From positions 224,001 through 288,000 of the forward strand of contig CAXXFK010000033.1 in assembly GCA_963663965.2 (NCBI GenBank): a stretch of 64,000 bases of DNA, read 5' to 3'. Of the stretch, positions 29,383-38,253 are shown piece by piece. A model generated the notes under the pieces. The model was given only the letters and a program-made list of their open reading frames with translations. It was not told the origin of the DNA and searched no databases. The translations under genes were made by a program, and so were the position numbers. Position 1 is the stretch's first letter, and each line of letters begins with the position of its first letter. Source of the DNA: Sedimentisphaerales bacterium (GTDB lineage: Bacteria > Planctomycetota > Phycisphaerae > Sedimentisphaerales > SM23-30).

Positions 29383-29919
29383 TTATACGGTATTCTCATC
29401 CGGGGAATCAGTATCCGGCAATGATGCTGTTTCGTCGCCGGCGTTTGCATTCTGGCCGCCGGCTTTGCTGATGATTTCATCCAGCAGCAGGCCGAGTTTG
29501 TCGTAGTGTTTATCGGAAAATTTCAAAGCTCTTTCCGAACCGTTTTCCTGAAAGAACAGGATGAAATACCCTTTTTCCTGGAAATTCCGTTTGTCCAGTT
29601 TGGTAATGGCTGAATAGGGAATAGCTGTTTTGCCATCGATTTGGAGCCCATTGTCATCGGCCACTATTTTTCTTTTTTTTAATAATGCCATGCTGACAAA
29701 ACAGTAAATGGCGAACGCGCCGGTTAAGAATGGGGTGGCCCGGTTGATTTTCAGATCAAGCGTGGGCTGACCTTCGCCTTTTTCCATTTCTTTTTTATAA
29801 TAATTGCTGTTGGGGTTGTAGCCGTCATTGATGAACCAGACCGAGACCCCAAGCAGAATAAAACCAAAAATGAGGAAGTTTTTAATTGAATAATTGCTGG
29901 ATGGAATTTCAAGCGCCAT
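29383..29919 (-). CDS. Hypothetical membrane protein (two TM helices plus PH-like domain)
   Basis: AAAGGA RBS; WFINDGY motif after first TM. Confidence 0.75.
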   Translation of the reverse strand: MALEIPSSNYSIKNFLIFGFILLGVSVWFINDGYNPNSNYYKKEMEKGEGQPTLDLKINRATPFLTGAFAIYCFVSMALLKKRKIVADDNGLQIDGKTAIPYSAITKLDKRNFQEKGYFILFFQENGSERALKFSDKHYDKLGLLLDEIISKAGGQNANAGDETASLPDTDSPDENTV

Positions 29920-30173
29920 TATATCATCCTTTTCAGAATTCGATCATCAAGATATCTGTCAGTATATATAATCATCGACATAATACGAGTATTAAATAGA
30001 GGCTATTGTAATAAAAAAAGTATATTGTTACCTAAATTAATAAGAGTTTAATGTTATCCGGGCCTTTAAAACTGTTTATTTTCCGCTAACTTTTCATTTC
30101 TGATCCAGGCAATAAATAAAATACGATTCATTTTATATTAATACGTTAATCCAGTGAATCTGGTCAACAGAAT

Positions 30174-30202
30174 TTGCCTTTTGTGGAAATATATGTTAGA
30201 AT
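30174..30202 (+). promoter_or_regulatory. Sigma70-type promoter with extended -10
   Basis: TTGCCT (30174-30179), 17 nt, TGn-TAGAAT (30194-30202). Confidence 0.7.
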
Positions 30203-30208
30203 ATTCAT

Positions 30209-30494
30209 GGTGAAGTTAAACCGTGTTCAGGATATATCCGGCACGCTAACTTATATAAGTCGGCTGTGAAGCACGTCTTCGCAGCCGGAAAATAAGCGCT
30301 TGAAAGGGCGATGAATATATCAAGACAATTCAAACAGGGCCTCGGGCCCATTTATCGAGGATGCGATCCGTCGCACCCCCTAATTAAAGCAGTTAGCAAA
30401 CTGCTGGCGTTTCTTGCCTGAGCATCAGGTAAAAGAAAGCCAACCCCGAAACGAGCAGGTCATGGTGATCAAACGTCATGCCTGCTACTTTTTT
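30209..30494 (+). ncRNA. Candidate structured non-coding RNA, ~285 nt, family unassigned (5' half loosely 6S-like)
   Basis: Promoter upstream, at least seven helices with G-U pairs and GAAA/UCCG tetraloops, terminator at the 3' end, no credible ORF. Confidence 0.65.
30454..30494 (+). terminator. Intrinsic terminator
   Basis: AGCAGG-T-CATGGTG / CGTCATG-CCTGCT then T-run. Confidence 0.8.
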
Positions 30495-30553
30495 GCGCGT
30501 ACCAAACGACAAGGCACGACTCAGCGTGCCTTATCGTTATGGGGGAGGTATAT

Positions 30554-31993
30554 TTATTTATCGAAGGATAGAATCTTAATGTTGCGATACCAGACCGGCG
30601 CGCCGTGATCCTGGAAGCACAGGTGTCCAATCCGGGGCAGGTCTTTGTAGGCGACATCGAATTTATTGGGGGTGCCATCGGGGTTTTTGTGGGCTTCTGT
30701 CCATTTATTGAGGTCCATATCGATGGTGGTCTGGCCGTTGAGCATCACCAGAACACGATTGTCGATAGCGGTGATGGTCAGGCGATTCCATTCGCCGGCG
30801 GGTTTGTTGGCATTGACTGAGGGCGCCAGGATGTCAAAGATACCGGCGCAACTGTGGATATTAACGGCTTTGCCATAGTCGTTCTGGATCTGGACTTCGA
30901 TCCAGGGCAGCCAGTTTTTGGTATCACCGGTACGCAGGAACACACCGCTATTGGTGTTGTCGGCGACTTTGAAACTGCAATCGAGCACGAAGTTGCCGTA
31001 TTGTTCTTTGGTCCAGATATCGCCATCGCCATTGCGGGTGAGCAGGCCGTCGTTGAAAGACCAACTGCCTTCTTTAAGAATAGCGTTACTGAGGTCATTT
31101 TTGAACAGAGATTTCCAGCCGCCGGGTTTGAGTTTGGCGCTGTAGCTGTCGAAGAACTCAACACATTTGCGGATTTCGGGCATGGAAGTCGTCCAGTTAT
31201 ATTCGTATTCGATCGAGAAGGTGCCGGTGAATTTCTGGCGATTGAGTTCATCGAGGATGCGCGGAACATTGCCCAGGCCCTGGCCCCAGATGGTATCGTG
31301 TTGTTGATCGGTATTGTTATAAAGCTCTTTAAGGTGAATTGTCTTGACGCGTCCCTGGAGTTTTTTGAGGCATTCGACGGGATCGAAACCGGAGCGAACC
31401 CAGTGGCCGGTATCACAACAGGCGCCCAGATATTGGCTGCGGCCTTTGAGTTGGTCCAGGACGATCTGTGGATCCCAGTAGCGAGTGGGTTTGGGATGGT
31501 TATGGATGGCGACGTTGATTTTGTATTCTTTGGCGAGTTTGTCGATGGTGTCGTAGGCTTCAAAGGCCGGTTCGGTGACGATGGTCCGTATCCCCATGTC
31601 TTTGGCGAAGTCGAACACTTTGCGATCCTGTTCTTCGTTGCCGGATAGCCCGGTAACACCAAAATTGACCAGCGAGATGCCGGTTTGCTGAAGTTTCAGT
31701 TTGATTTTCTGACGCGTTTCATCGGACATGGAAGGTTCAAATTTGGCATCTGAGCCTTTTTCGATGGTCTGGCCGGGGTAAGCTTCGATCCAGGACAGGC
31801 CCAGGTCAGCGGTTTTATCAACGGCTTCCATAAAGGTATATTGGTTAAATGACCAGCATTGGATGGCCAGTTTCCAACCGGGAGCCGCATCAGTAGGGGG
31901 ATGGACGGCATTGGGAACACCAGCCGCTGACAGGAAAGCGACGCAAGAGAGCAGGATGACTAATCCTGATAAAAGCCATTTTGAATTCAACAT
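30554..31993 (-). CDS. Secreted fusion: xylose-isomerase-like TIM barrel (AP_endonuc_2) plus DUF1080 domain
   Basis: Signal peptide; IHNH, DTGHW, IHLKE, SIEYE; then NSGVFLR, IEVQIQND, GEWNRLTI, FQDHG..VWYRNIKI; GAAAGGA RBS before ATG 31993. Confidence 0.88.
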   Translation of the reverse strand: MLNSKWLLSGLVILLSCVAFLSAAGVPNAVHPPTDAAPGWKLAIQCWSFNQYTFMEAVDKTADLGLSWIEAYPGQTIEKGSDAKFEPSMSDETRQKIKLKLQQTGISLVNFGVTGLSGNEEQDRKVFDFAKDMGIRTIVTEPAFEAYDTIDKLAKEYKINVAIHNHPKPTRYWDPQIVLDQLKGRSQYLGACCDTGHWVRSGFDPVECLKKLQGRVKTIHLKELYNNTDQQHDTIWGQGLGNVPRILDELNRQKFTGTFSIEYEYNWTTSMPEIRKCVEFFDSYSAKLKPGGWKSLFKNDLSNAILKEGSWSFNDGLLTRNGDGDIWTKEQYGNFVLDCSFKVADNTNSGVFLRTGDTKNWLPWIEVQIQNDYGKAVNIHSCAGIFDILAPSVNANKPAGEWNRLTITAIDNRVLVMLNGQTTIDMDLNKWTEAHKNPDGTPNKFDVAYKDLPRIGHLCFQDHGAPVWYRNIKILSFDK

Positions 31994-32546
31994 GTCAGAT
32001 CCTTTCAATAAAATCGGGTTATCCATATGATGTCAGACTGTTAGAGTATTATATGGTATTGATACCAGGATCGACCAGCCCGATCGGACAGACGGATCGA
32101 TAAGATCGATAGGGGTATTCATTTTTTAAATGTTAATATGAGTTGGCTTACCGGTTCGAAGTTAGATTATTGTAACTACTTTAAATAAAAGTATTTATGA
32201 TATTTATTTCTAGCAAGCCAAGTCAGTTTTTTCCACTGGTGATCGAGATTCGGTCTGGTAATAATATAATGGGTAGTACAGGGATATTATTGCATCAATA
32301 AAGAGAAGTAATGCCTGGGGATTTTGATTGTAATCGGGTGTGTTAAGTTAAGCTGTGGGAAACAGTAAGCATCGGTTAGGATATTTTAGTGGGATGGATG
32401 TAAGGGTTGTTTCTGAATACGGGCTGGTAATTTGACGCTTAATGGGCTGCCCAGCAATTGGCTTGTTATTGAATGATTATAGAGTTTGTTTGTGACGTAA
32501 AATTATTCAAATTGGCTGATGTTTATGCGTTCAGCGTATAAAATAA

Positions 32547-33871
32547 GGCTCATCCGGTTAATGAGTAGTTTTGGTTATGGATATGATGGATCCGGAGATA
32601 GAAGTATTCCTGATCGCGGTAGCCATGAGCCATTCGTTGCAGGAGGCCGATTTTACGGTTATTGACTTCGACTTTGCTGGTGCTGATGGGATGGTCATAC
32701 CAATTGAGCAGGAAGGGTTTCCAGAGTTGCAGTTGTTTGGCGGCATCCAGCAGGATCCGAATCCCGCTGGTTTGCGCCTGGCTGATCCAGCGTTTAAGTT
32801 CCTGTTCAGCCAGCGGAGCCGTGATCGCATCAAAAAGGAGACGGAGCCGTTCTTTCATGTAATAGGCGGTGGCCAGCGGCTGGTTGAGTTGCAGAGCCTC
32901 CTGCAACCGGTGCCGTTCATCTTTGGCGCTATCGGCATGGGATTTAAGGTTCTCCGGCGCTTTGAGCAGCAGCCAGCGGCTGCCTTTAAGTACCGCTTTG
33001 CCCATGGTATCGGCCTCCCGGTACAAATCCCGGCGTAAACTGGTCAGTTTGTCGTTAAACCATTTGACCAGATGAAAATGGTCCAGCACCAGTTTGGCTT
33101 GCGGCAGTTCTTTCAGGACACTGGTCATAAAACCACTGGCCATATCGGTAGCCACCGCGGCAATCACCGCCCGGCTGCGTCGGACACGCCCCCAGAATCC
33201 CACCAGGGCCTCTTGGCCTTTGCCCTGGCCGATATGCAAGATTTGTCCGCTTTCCAGGTCGGTTACCAGCGAGATGTATTTGCTTTTCCTGCCCAGATAC
33301 AATTCGTCAATCCCCAGATAACGAACCTTTTTCAGGGAAATCTTTCGGTACCGTCGACCTAGCCAGGACTTATGAATCGATTTGATGGTATCCCAGCTTA
33401 AGCCGGTCCGTCGGGCCACCTCTTGCAGGGAAGCCGCCTGACATAAATCGATGACATACCGTTCCAACGCATGGGTGTAATGCTTCTTGGGGTCGGCAAA
33501 TGGCAGATGAGGCTGACGAATGGCCCCGCACGCCAGACATTTCAATCGGGGAATAGTGACAAGCAACTCCATTTGACGCAGACCGGCGGGTACCATGGCA
33601 AACCTCCGGGCCTTGTGACCGAAGTAAATGAAATTACGGGAGTTACAACAAGGGCAACGCAGACTATCCGCCGGCAAGATGCCGTGAATCACGCTCTTGC
33701 CCGCAAAAATATTCTGTCTTTTGGTATTGAACACCTCGAACACCAAAAGTATGATACAACATACTTGTGGACATGACTTTAGCTCCTAATATGAGGTTTT
33801 ATTTTTTTCCTCAAACAGTAAAGTCATGTCTCTCTTTTTGCAACATTAACTACTCATTTTTCGGAAGAACC
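32547..33871 (-). mobile_element. ISL3-family insertion sequence, 1325 bp
   Basis: Terminal IRs GGCTCATCCGGTTAATGAGTAGTT vs GGTTCTTCCGAAAAATGAGTAGTT (19/24); 8-bp target duplication TAAAATAA at 32539-32546 and 33872-33879. Confidence 0.95.
32550..33774 (-). pseudogene. ISL3 transposase with a +1 frameshift near codon 23
   Basis: CPCC and CLACG zinc finger, LGIDE, VATDM, LDHFH, KVEVNNRKI; ATG 33774 (MSTSMLYHTFGVRG, AGGAG RBS) is one base out of frame at the T5 run 33705-33709. Confidence 0.85.
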
Positions 33872-34085
33872 TAAAATAATCCCTTCCGACCGCTGGCGAT
33901 TAAATGTTTTGTGTGATATTCTGGCTGAATTAGGGCGGGTGTTTAGAATATTCATGAACATTATCATAACGAATGCCTTAATGAAGAGATATCTTGCCAG
34001 TTTGAAATGAATCCGGTATTATGACAAGCAAATAGAGGATCGAATGATAGTTTATGAACGCTTAAACAGGAGATCTCAATAAGAC

Positions 34086-35525
34086 ATGTCTACGAATAAG
34101 CTGTCTCGTCGTGGTTTTTTGCGGATGTCTGCCGGAATGCTGGCCGGTTCGGCCTGGATGACCGCAAATGCCCAGAATGCCAATCCTCTATCGGCCTCAA
34201 AACCCAATATTCTGATCATCATGGCGGATGATTGTACGCATACGGAACTGTCGGTCTATGGCGGTCAGAATGCCAGGACCCCAACCATTGACAAACTGGC
34301 CCGGGACGGCCTGGTTTTCAATCGTGCTTATCTCAGTTCGGCCATGTGTCAGCCGTGCCGCGCCGAACTCTATAGTGGGCAATATCCGGTGCGTAATGGT
34401 TGCAGCTATAATCATTCGGCGTCGCGTCCCGAAACGCAGAGCCTGCCGCATTATCTGACGCCGGCCGGTTATCGTGTCGGTATCGCCGGTAAAGTCCATG
34501 TACTGCCGCAGAAGGCCTTTCCTTTTGAGAATGTGCCGGGATTTGATGACAACTGTGTACGCAACCCTACCCTGCCGCACGATCTGAACGGTATCCGGCA
34601 GTTTATGTCACGTGAGGATACACCTTTCTGCCTGGTAGTGGCGTTGGTGGAACCGCATGTGCCGTGGGTAATGGGGGATGCCTCGGCGTATCCGCCCCGG
34701 TCGTTGAAGATGGCGCCCAATATGGCGGATACCCCGCGAACCCGCAAGGATTATTCAGCGTATCTGGCCGAGATTACCTACATGGATAACCAGGTGAATG
34801 ATATCTTGCAGACCCTGGAAAAAACCGGCAAAGCGGACAACACACTGGTGTTGTTTACCTCGGAACAGGGCGCCCAGTTTCCGGGCTGTAAATGGACCAA
34901 CTGGGACAGCGGCCTGCATACGGCCTTGATCGCGCGCTGGCCGGGGCACGTACCTGTTGGCAAACGAACCGATGCCATTGTTCAGTATACCGATGTGGCG
35001 CCGACGCTGATGGAACTGGCCGGGACCGATGTGAAAAAGCACGCGGATAAGCTGGATGGCAGCAGTTTCGCGGCAGTTTTGAGCGGCCGGAGTCAGGCCC
35101 ATCGCACCTATGCGTATGGCGTGCATAACAATGTTCCGGAAGGGCCGCCTTATCCGATCCGCACGGTGACCAATGGGGAATATCGTTATATCCGCAATCT
35201 ATCACCCGAACGGATTTATATTGAACGGCATTTGATGGGACCCGAAAACCAGTACTGGCCGTCCTGGGTCGCCCAGGCTTCCGATCACGAGGATATCTAC
35301 AAACTGGTCCAGCGGTATCTGACGCGTCCGGCCGAGCAGCTTTATCATACCAAAACCGATCCGTTTGAGTTGACTAATCTGGCTGACGATCCCAGGTACG
35401 CCGATATCAAAAAGCAATTGTCGGCCGAGTTGGATCGCTGGATGGCTCAACAGAAAGATCCGGGCGCCGCGATGGATACGCCTGAAGTACACCAGGCCGC
35501 TAAACAGGGGAAACATATTTATTAA
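34086..35525 (+). CDS. Tat-exported S1 sulfatase (N-sulfoglucosamine sulfohydrolase-like)
   Basis: SRRGFL Tat motif, PNILIIMADD, CQPCR (CxPxR), GKVH, EPHVPW. Confidence 0.93.
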   Translation: MSTNKLSRRGFLRMSAGMLAGSAWMTANAQNANPLSASKPNILIIMADDCTHTELSVYGGQNARTPTIDKLARDGLVFNRAYLSSAMCQPCRAELYSGQYPVRNGCSYNHSASRPETQSLPHYLTPAGYRVGIAGKVHVLPQKAFPFENVPGFDDNCVRNPTLPHDLNGIRQFMSREDTPFCLVVALVEPHVPWVMGDASAYPPRSLKMAPNMADTPRTRKDYSAYLAEITYMDNQVNDILQTLEKTGKADNTLVLFTSEQGAQFPGCKWTNWDSGLHTALIARWPGHVPVGKRTDAIVQYTDVAPTLMELAGTDVKKHADKLDGSSFAAVLSGRSQAHRTYAYGVHNNVPEGPPYPIRTVTNGEYRYIRNLSPERIYIERHLMGPENQYWPSWVAQASDHEDIYKLVQRYLTRPAEQLYHTKTDPFELTNLADDPRYADIKKQLSAELDRWMAQQKDPGAAMDTPEVHQAAKQGKHIY

Positions 35526-35538
35526 TTGAGCCAATAAA

Positions 35539-35580
35539 CGCTGATGGGGTGATTCTCTAAAAGAAGATACCCCATCAGCG
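35539..35580. terminator. Hairpin between convergent genes
   Basis: CGCTGATGGGGT / ACCCCATCAGCG 12-bp stem. Confidence 0.7.
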
Positions 35581-35723
35581 ATTACCTGCTGCGTGATATT
35601 CTGATATTCTTTTTCTATTCAATCTCGATTGGCTTGGTTTCTGCATTCGAATCCGGCTTGGGATGGTAATCGGATGAAAGCTGTATGCGTATTGTCACAC
35701 TGATCCAGATAACAGGAAGGTAA

Positions 35724-38225
35724 TTAAAGGGGGTGGGCATCCAGAACCAGAACTTCAAAGGGCGAGAGTGTGAACTGGTGGGGGCGGTTGGTTTGAATAG
35801 TGAATGGATCCTGATTCTGTTGGTTGCGTTGCGGGCTGGTTAATCGGTAGCGGAAGGGTTTATTGCCTGGGATTTCAAAGGCTTTGTTGAGGTCCAGTGA
35901 GATTGTCTGCTCATGATCGGATGGATTACGCAGAGCCATAATGCCTTTTGAGTCTGACCAGGAGGCGTAGCCGTAGATTTCGGCCCGGGCGGGATCGCCG
36001 CCGATCCAGTGGGTATCCACCAGGATATTCTGATTGTCCCGGGCCCACCGGGCTGCCCGGGCAATTGTATCCCAGTTTCTTTGAGTCAGCAGTTCCGGGG
36101 TGATATACAATTCCAGCAGATTGGCGCCACAGGCGAACATCATCCATATCTCATGGTCGATTAATAATGGATCGCGTTCCATTTTGCCGGGATCGAAGCG
36201 GTCGCCTACCACTAAACCGTGCGGCATCAGGGAACTGAGTGGATATAATGGTCCGGCCTTGACGACGTGGCTGTGAACGAACCTGTCGCGATACGTTATC
36301 CATTGTTCCCGCATGGGGCCGGTGCCGTGAAATCCGGTATCACCGCCTTGCCGCCAGATGTTGTCGGCGTGGAACAGGAACCAGGGTGAGGCCCAGGTGC
36401 CGGTGGTGGCGCTGATATAAACAGCAGGATTTTCATGGCGCAGTTCCGCGATCAATCTTAACATGGCATCCACATCTTCGGCCAGTTTGTCTCCTGCCTG
36501 TAAACCGCTGAAGGTATTGCCGCCGCCGACACCGTCGAATTTGAAAAAGTTGACACCGTAATCCCGCATCATTTGCAGGCATCGGTCGCGAAAACAGGCG
36601 TAATAGACCGGTCCGGCCAGAGAGAATCCGCTCTGGTTCATTTCATAGCCATGGTTTTTCCCATATTCCAGTCGAAGTTGTCTGGCCTGACCATACCCGC
36701 CAAAGGGTGACAGCCAGACTCCGGTATGACAGTGGTACTTAGCAGCCAGCTGGGCCATTCTGGTAAATCCCTGAGGGAATCCTTCCTGGAAATCCCAGAG
36801 CGAGTTGAAATTATCCCAACCATCATCCCAGACAAAGCCATCCAGCACCACACCGCGTTTTTCGACCAGTTCGCGGCCGACATACTCAATGGTATCCAGA
36901 CATTCCTTTTCCACCATCCGGTTGGTTTCGGTCCGGCCAATATTCAGGTGATACCACGAATTGTAATGCAGATACTGATGATAGGGCCGAGCCCGTTCAC
37001 GTTCCAGGTAATAAAGAAAACCCCGGCGGAGCTGACCCTCTGGAACAACGCCCAGTACCGAAGATTGCTGCAGAAACTGACCTGGAGCGAGAGTGGTATT
37101 CCGGTCCATAAAACAATTCAGACGCTTTGGTTCTTGCTGCCGGTCGGGATCTGGCGGCGCGAACGCCTCCAGTTCGACAATATGTCCGCCCAAGGCGTTG
37201 CCTTCTGAGTTATGGGTGATCGTTACCCTGAGATATCGAGTCTGGACAGGAGAAAACGTATGAACATATCCCGCGGCAGTAGCCGGTGTTTGATTCCCGG
37301 TGGCATCGACAATTTCTGTCCATTTTTGCCGGTCGGGTGAGGCTTCGATACGGTAGCCGTAAAATCGTTTACCGTTATAATAGGTGACCAGGCGAATGCG
37401 ATCCAGAATTTGTGGTTGTTCCAGATCCACCATCAACCAGACAGGCAGGTTGGCACAACCCCAGTGGCTGTTGGGACCGGGTGACCGGCCATCCACGGCG
37501 TATTCAGCCGCCAATGATCCATAGACACCGCTGGGGGATACTGGCTTGCATAATGCCAGGTTGACAGGCTGGGTTGGATCCCAGACGGTATTATTGGCAA
37601 TAGGGTGCTCATAAGCCACAAACATGTTACCTGAGACGATCGGTGATCCGCTGACGACTCCGACTACCTCAGCCTGAGGAGCAGGCAGTGAGAGAAAACG
37701 AATTGACGCAATAGTGATTGGGCTATGAGCCGCTTCGGCCCGTATCGACTGGCGGATAGCGTTGGAGTCATCTCGCAATTCAAGGTTCCAGTTCACCCGA
37801 ACGGTTTTGTCTGGAGATAGCAGTTCCGCTGAAATCCGGTATCCGCCATACTGTCCGGCTAGTCGACCGGCGCTTGCATCAGGTGTCAGGGAGTCTATCT
37901 GACATCCTTTTTGCTCCTCAATAGACATTTCGGAACATAAAATGACCCGTTGGTCAGCCAGAGTGATCGTGAAAAATTCACTTTGGGGATCCTGGTCGAA
38001 AGCTTCACCGTTAATCAGATTTTGAAATTGCCCAAAACGGATGTAGCCCCCCGCCTGAGTAAACCGCAATTTAAGCACCTGATTAGTTAAAACGATTTGA
38101 TCGCCTTCTGTGTTGGCGATCGCCTTGCCAGGTTGAACTGAATCGGGAAAATCCAGGGCAAACAGGGCGGCTGGAAACCCAGCTATCAGGCATATTCCCA
38201 TCAGTTTTTTGATTACATCGGCCAT
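35724..38225 (-). CDS. Secreted putative glycoside hydrolase (clan-D/GH36-like barrel) with inserted F5/8-type C (CBM32-like) domain
   Basis: Signal peptide, NLALCKPV..AVDG..WLMVDLE..RYLRVTI discoidin insert, LHYNSWY, FVWDDGWD, GVWLSPFGGY, FFKFDG. Confidence 0.75.
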   Translation of the reverse strand: MADVIKKLMGICLIAGFPAALFALDFPDSVQPGKAIANTEGDQIVLTNQVLKLRFTQAGGYIRFGQFQNLINGEAFDQDPQSEFFTITLADQRVILCSEMSIEEQKGCQIDSLTPDASAGRLAGQYGGYRISAELLSPDKTVRVNWNLELRDDSNAIRQSIRAEAAHSPITIASIRFLSLPAPQAEVVGVVSGSPIVSGNMFVAYEHPIANNTVWDPTQPVNLALCKPVSPSGVYGSLAAEYAVDGRSPGPNSHWGCANLPVWLMVDLEQPQILDRIRLVTYYNGKRFYGYRIEASPDRQKWTEIVDATGNQTPATAAGYVHTFSPVQTRYLRVTITHNSEGNALGGHIVELEAFAPPDPDRQQEPKRLNCFMDRNTTLAPGQFLQQSSVLGVVPEGQLRRGFLYYLERERARPYHQYLHYNSWYHLNIGRTETNRMVEKECLDTIEYVGRELVEKRGVVLDGFVWDDGWDNFNSLWDFQEGFPQGFTRMAQLAAKYHCHTGVWLSPFGGYGQARQLRLEYGKNHGYEMNQSGFSLAGPVYYACFRDRCLQMMRDYGVNFFKFDGVGGGNTFSGLQAGDKLAEDVDAMLRLIAELRHENPAVYISATTGTWASPWFLFHADNIWRQGGDTGFHGTGPMREQWITYRDRFVHSHVVKAGPLYPLSSLMPHGLVVGDRFDPGKMERDPLLIDHEIWMMFACGANLLELYITPELLTQRNWDTIARAARWARDNQNILVDTHWIGGDPARAEIYGYASWSDSKGIMALRNPSDHEQTISLDLNKAFEIPGNKPFRYRLTSPQRNQQNQDPFTIQTNRPHQFTLSPFEVLVLDAHPL

Positions 38226-38253
38226 GATTCACTCCATGATTTTAAATGAGCAA

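Noticed and set aside
30209..30494. Identity as RNase P RNA, tmRNA or SRP RNA
   Set aside because: No GAGGAAAGUCC motif, no tRNA-like ends or tag frame, no CAGG..GNRA..AGCA helix-8 motif
32069..32113. Short GATCG-containing quasi-repeats upstream of the DUF1080 fusion gene
   Set aside because: Too short and irregular to support a repeat or operator call
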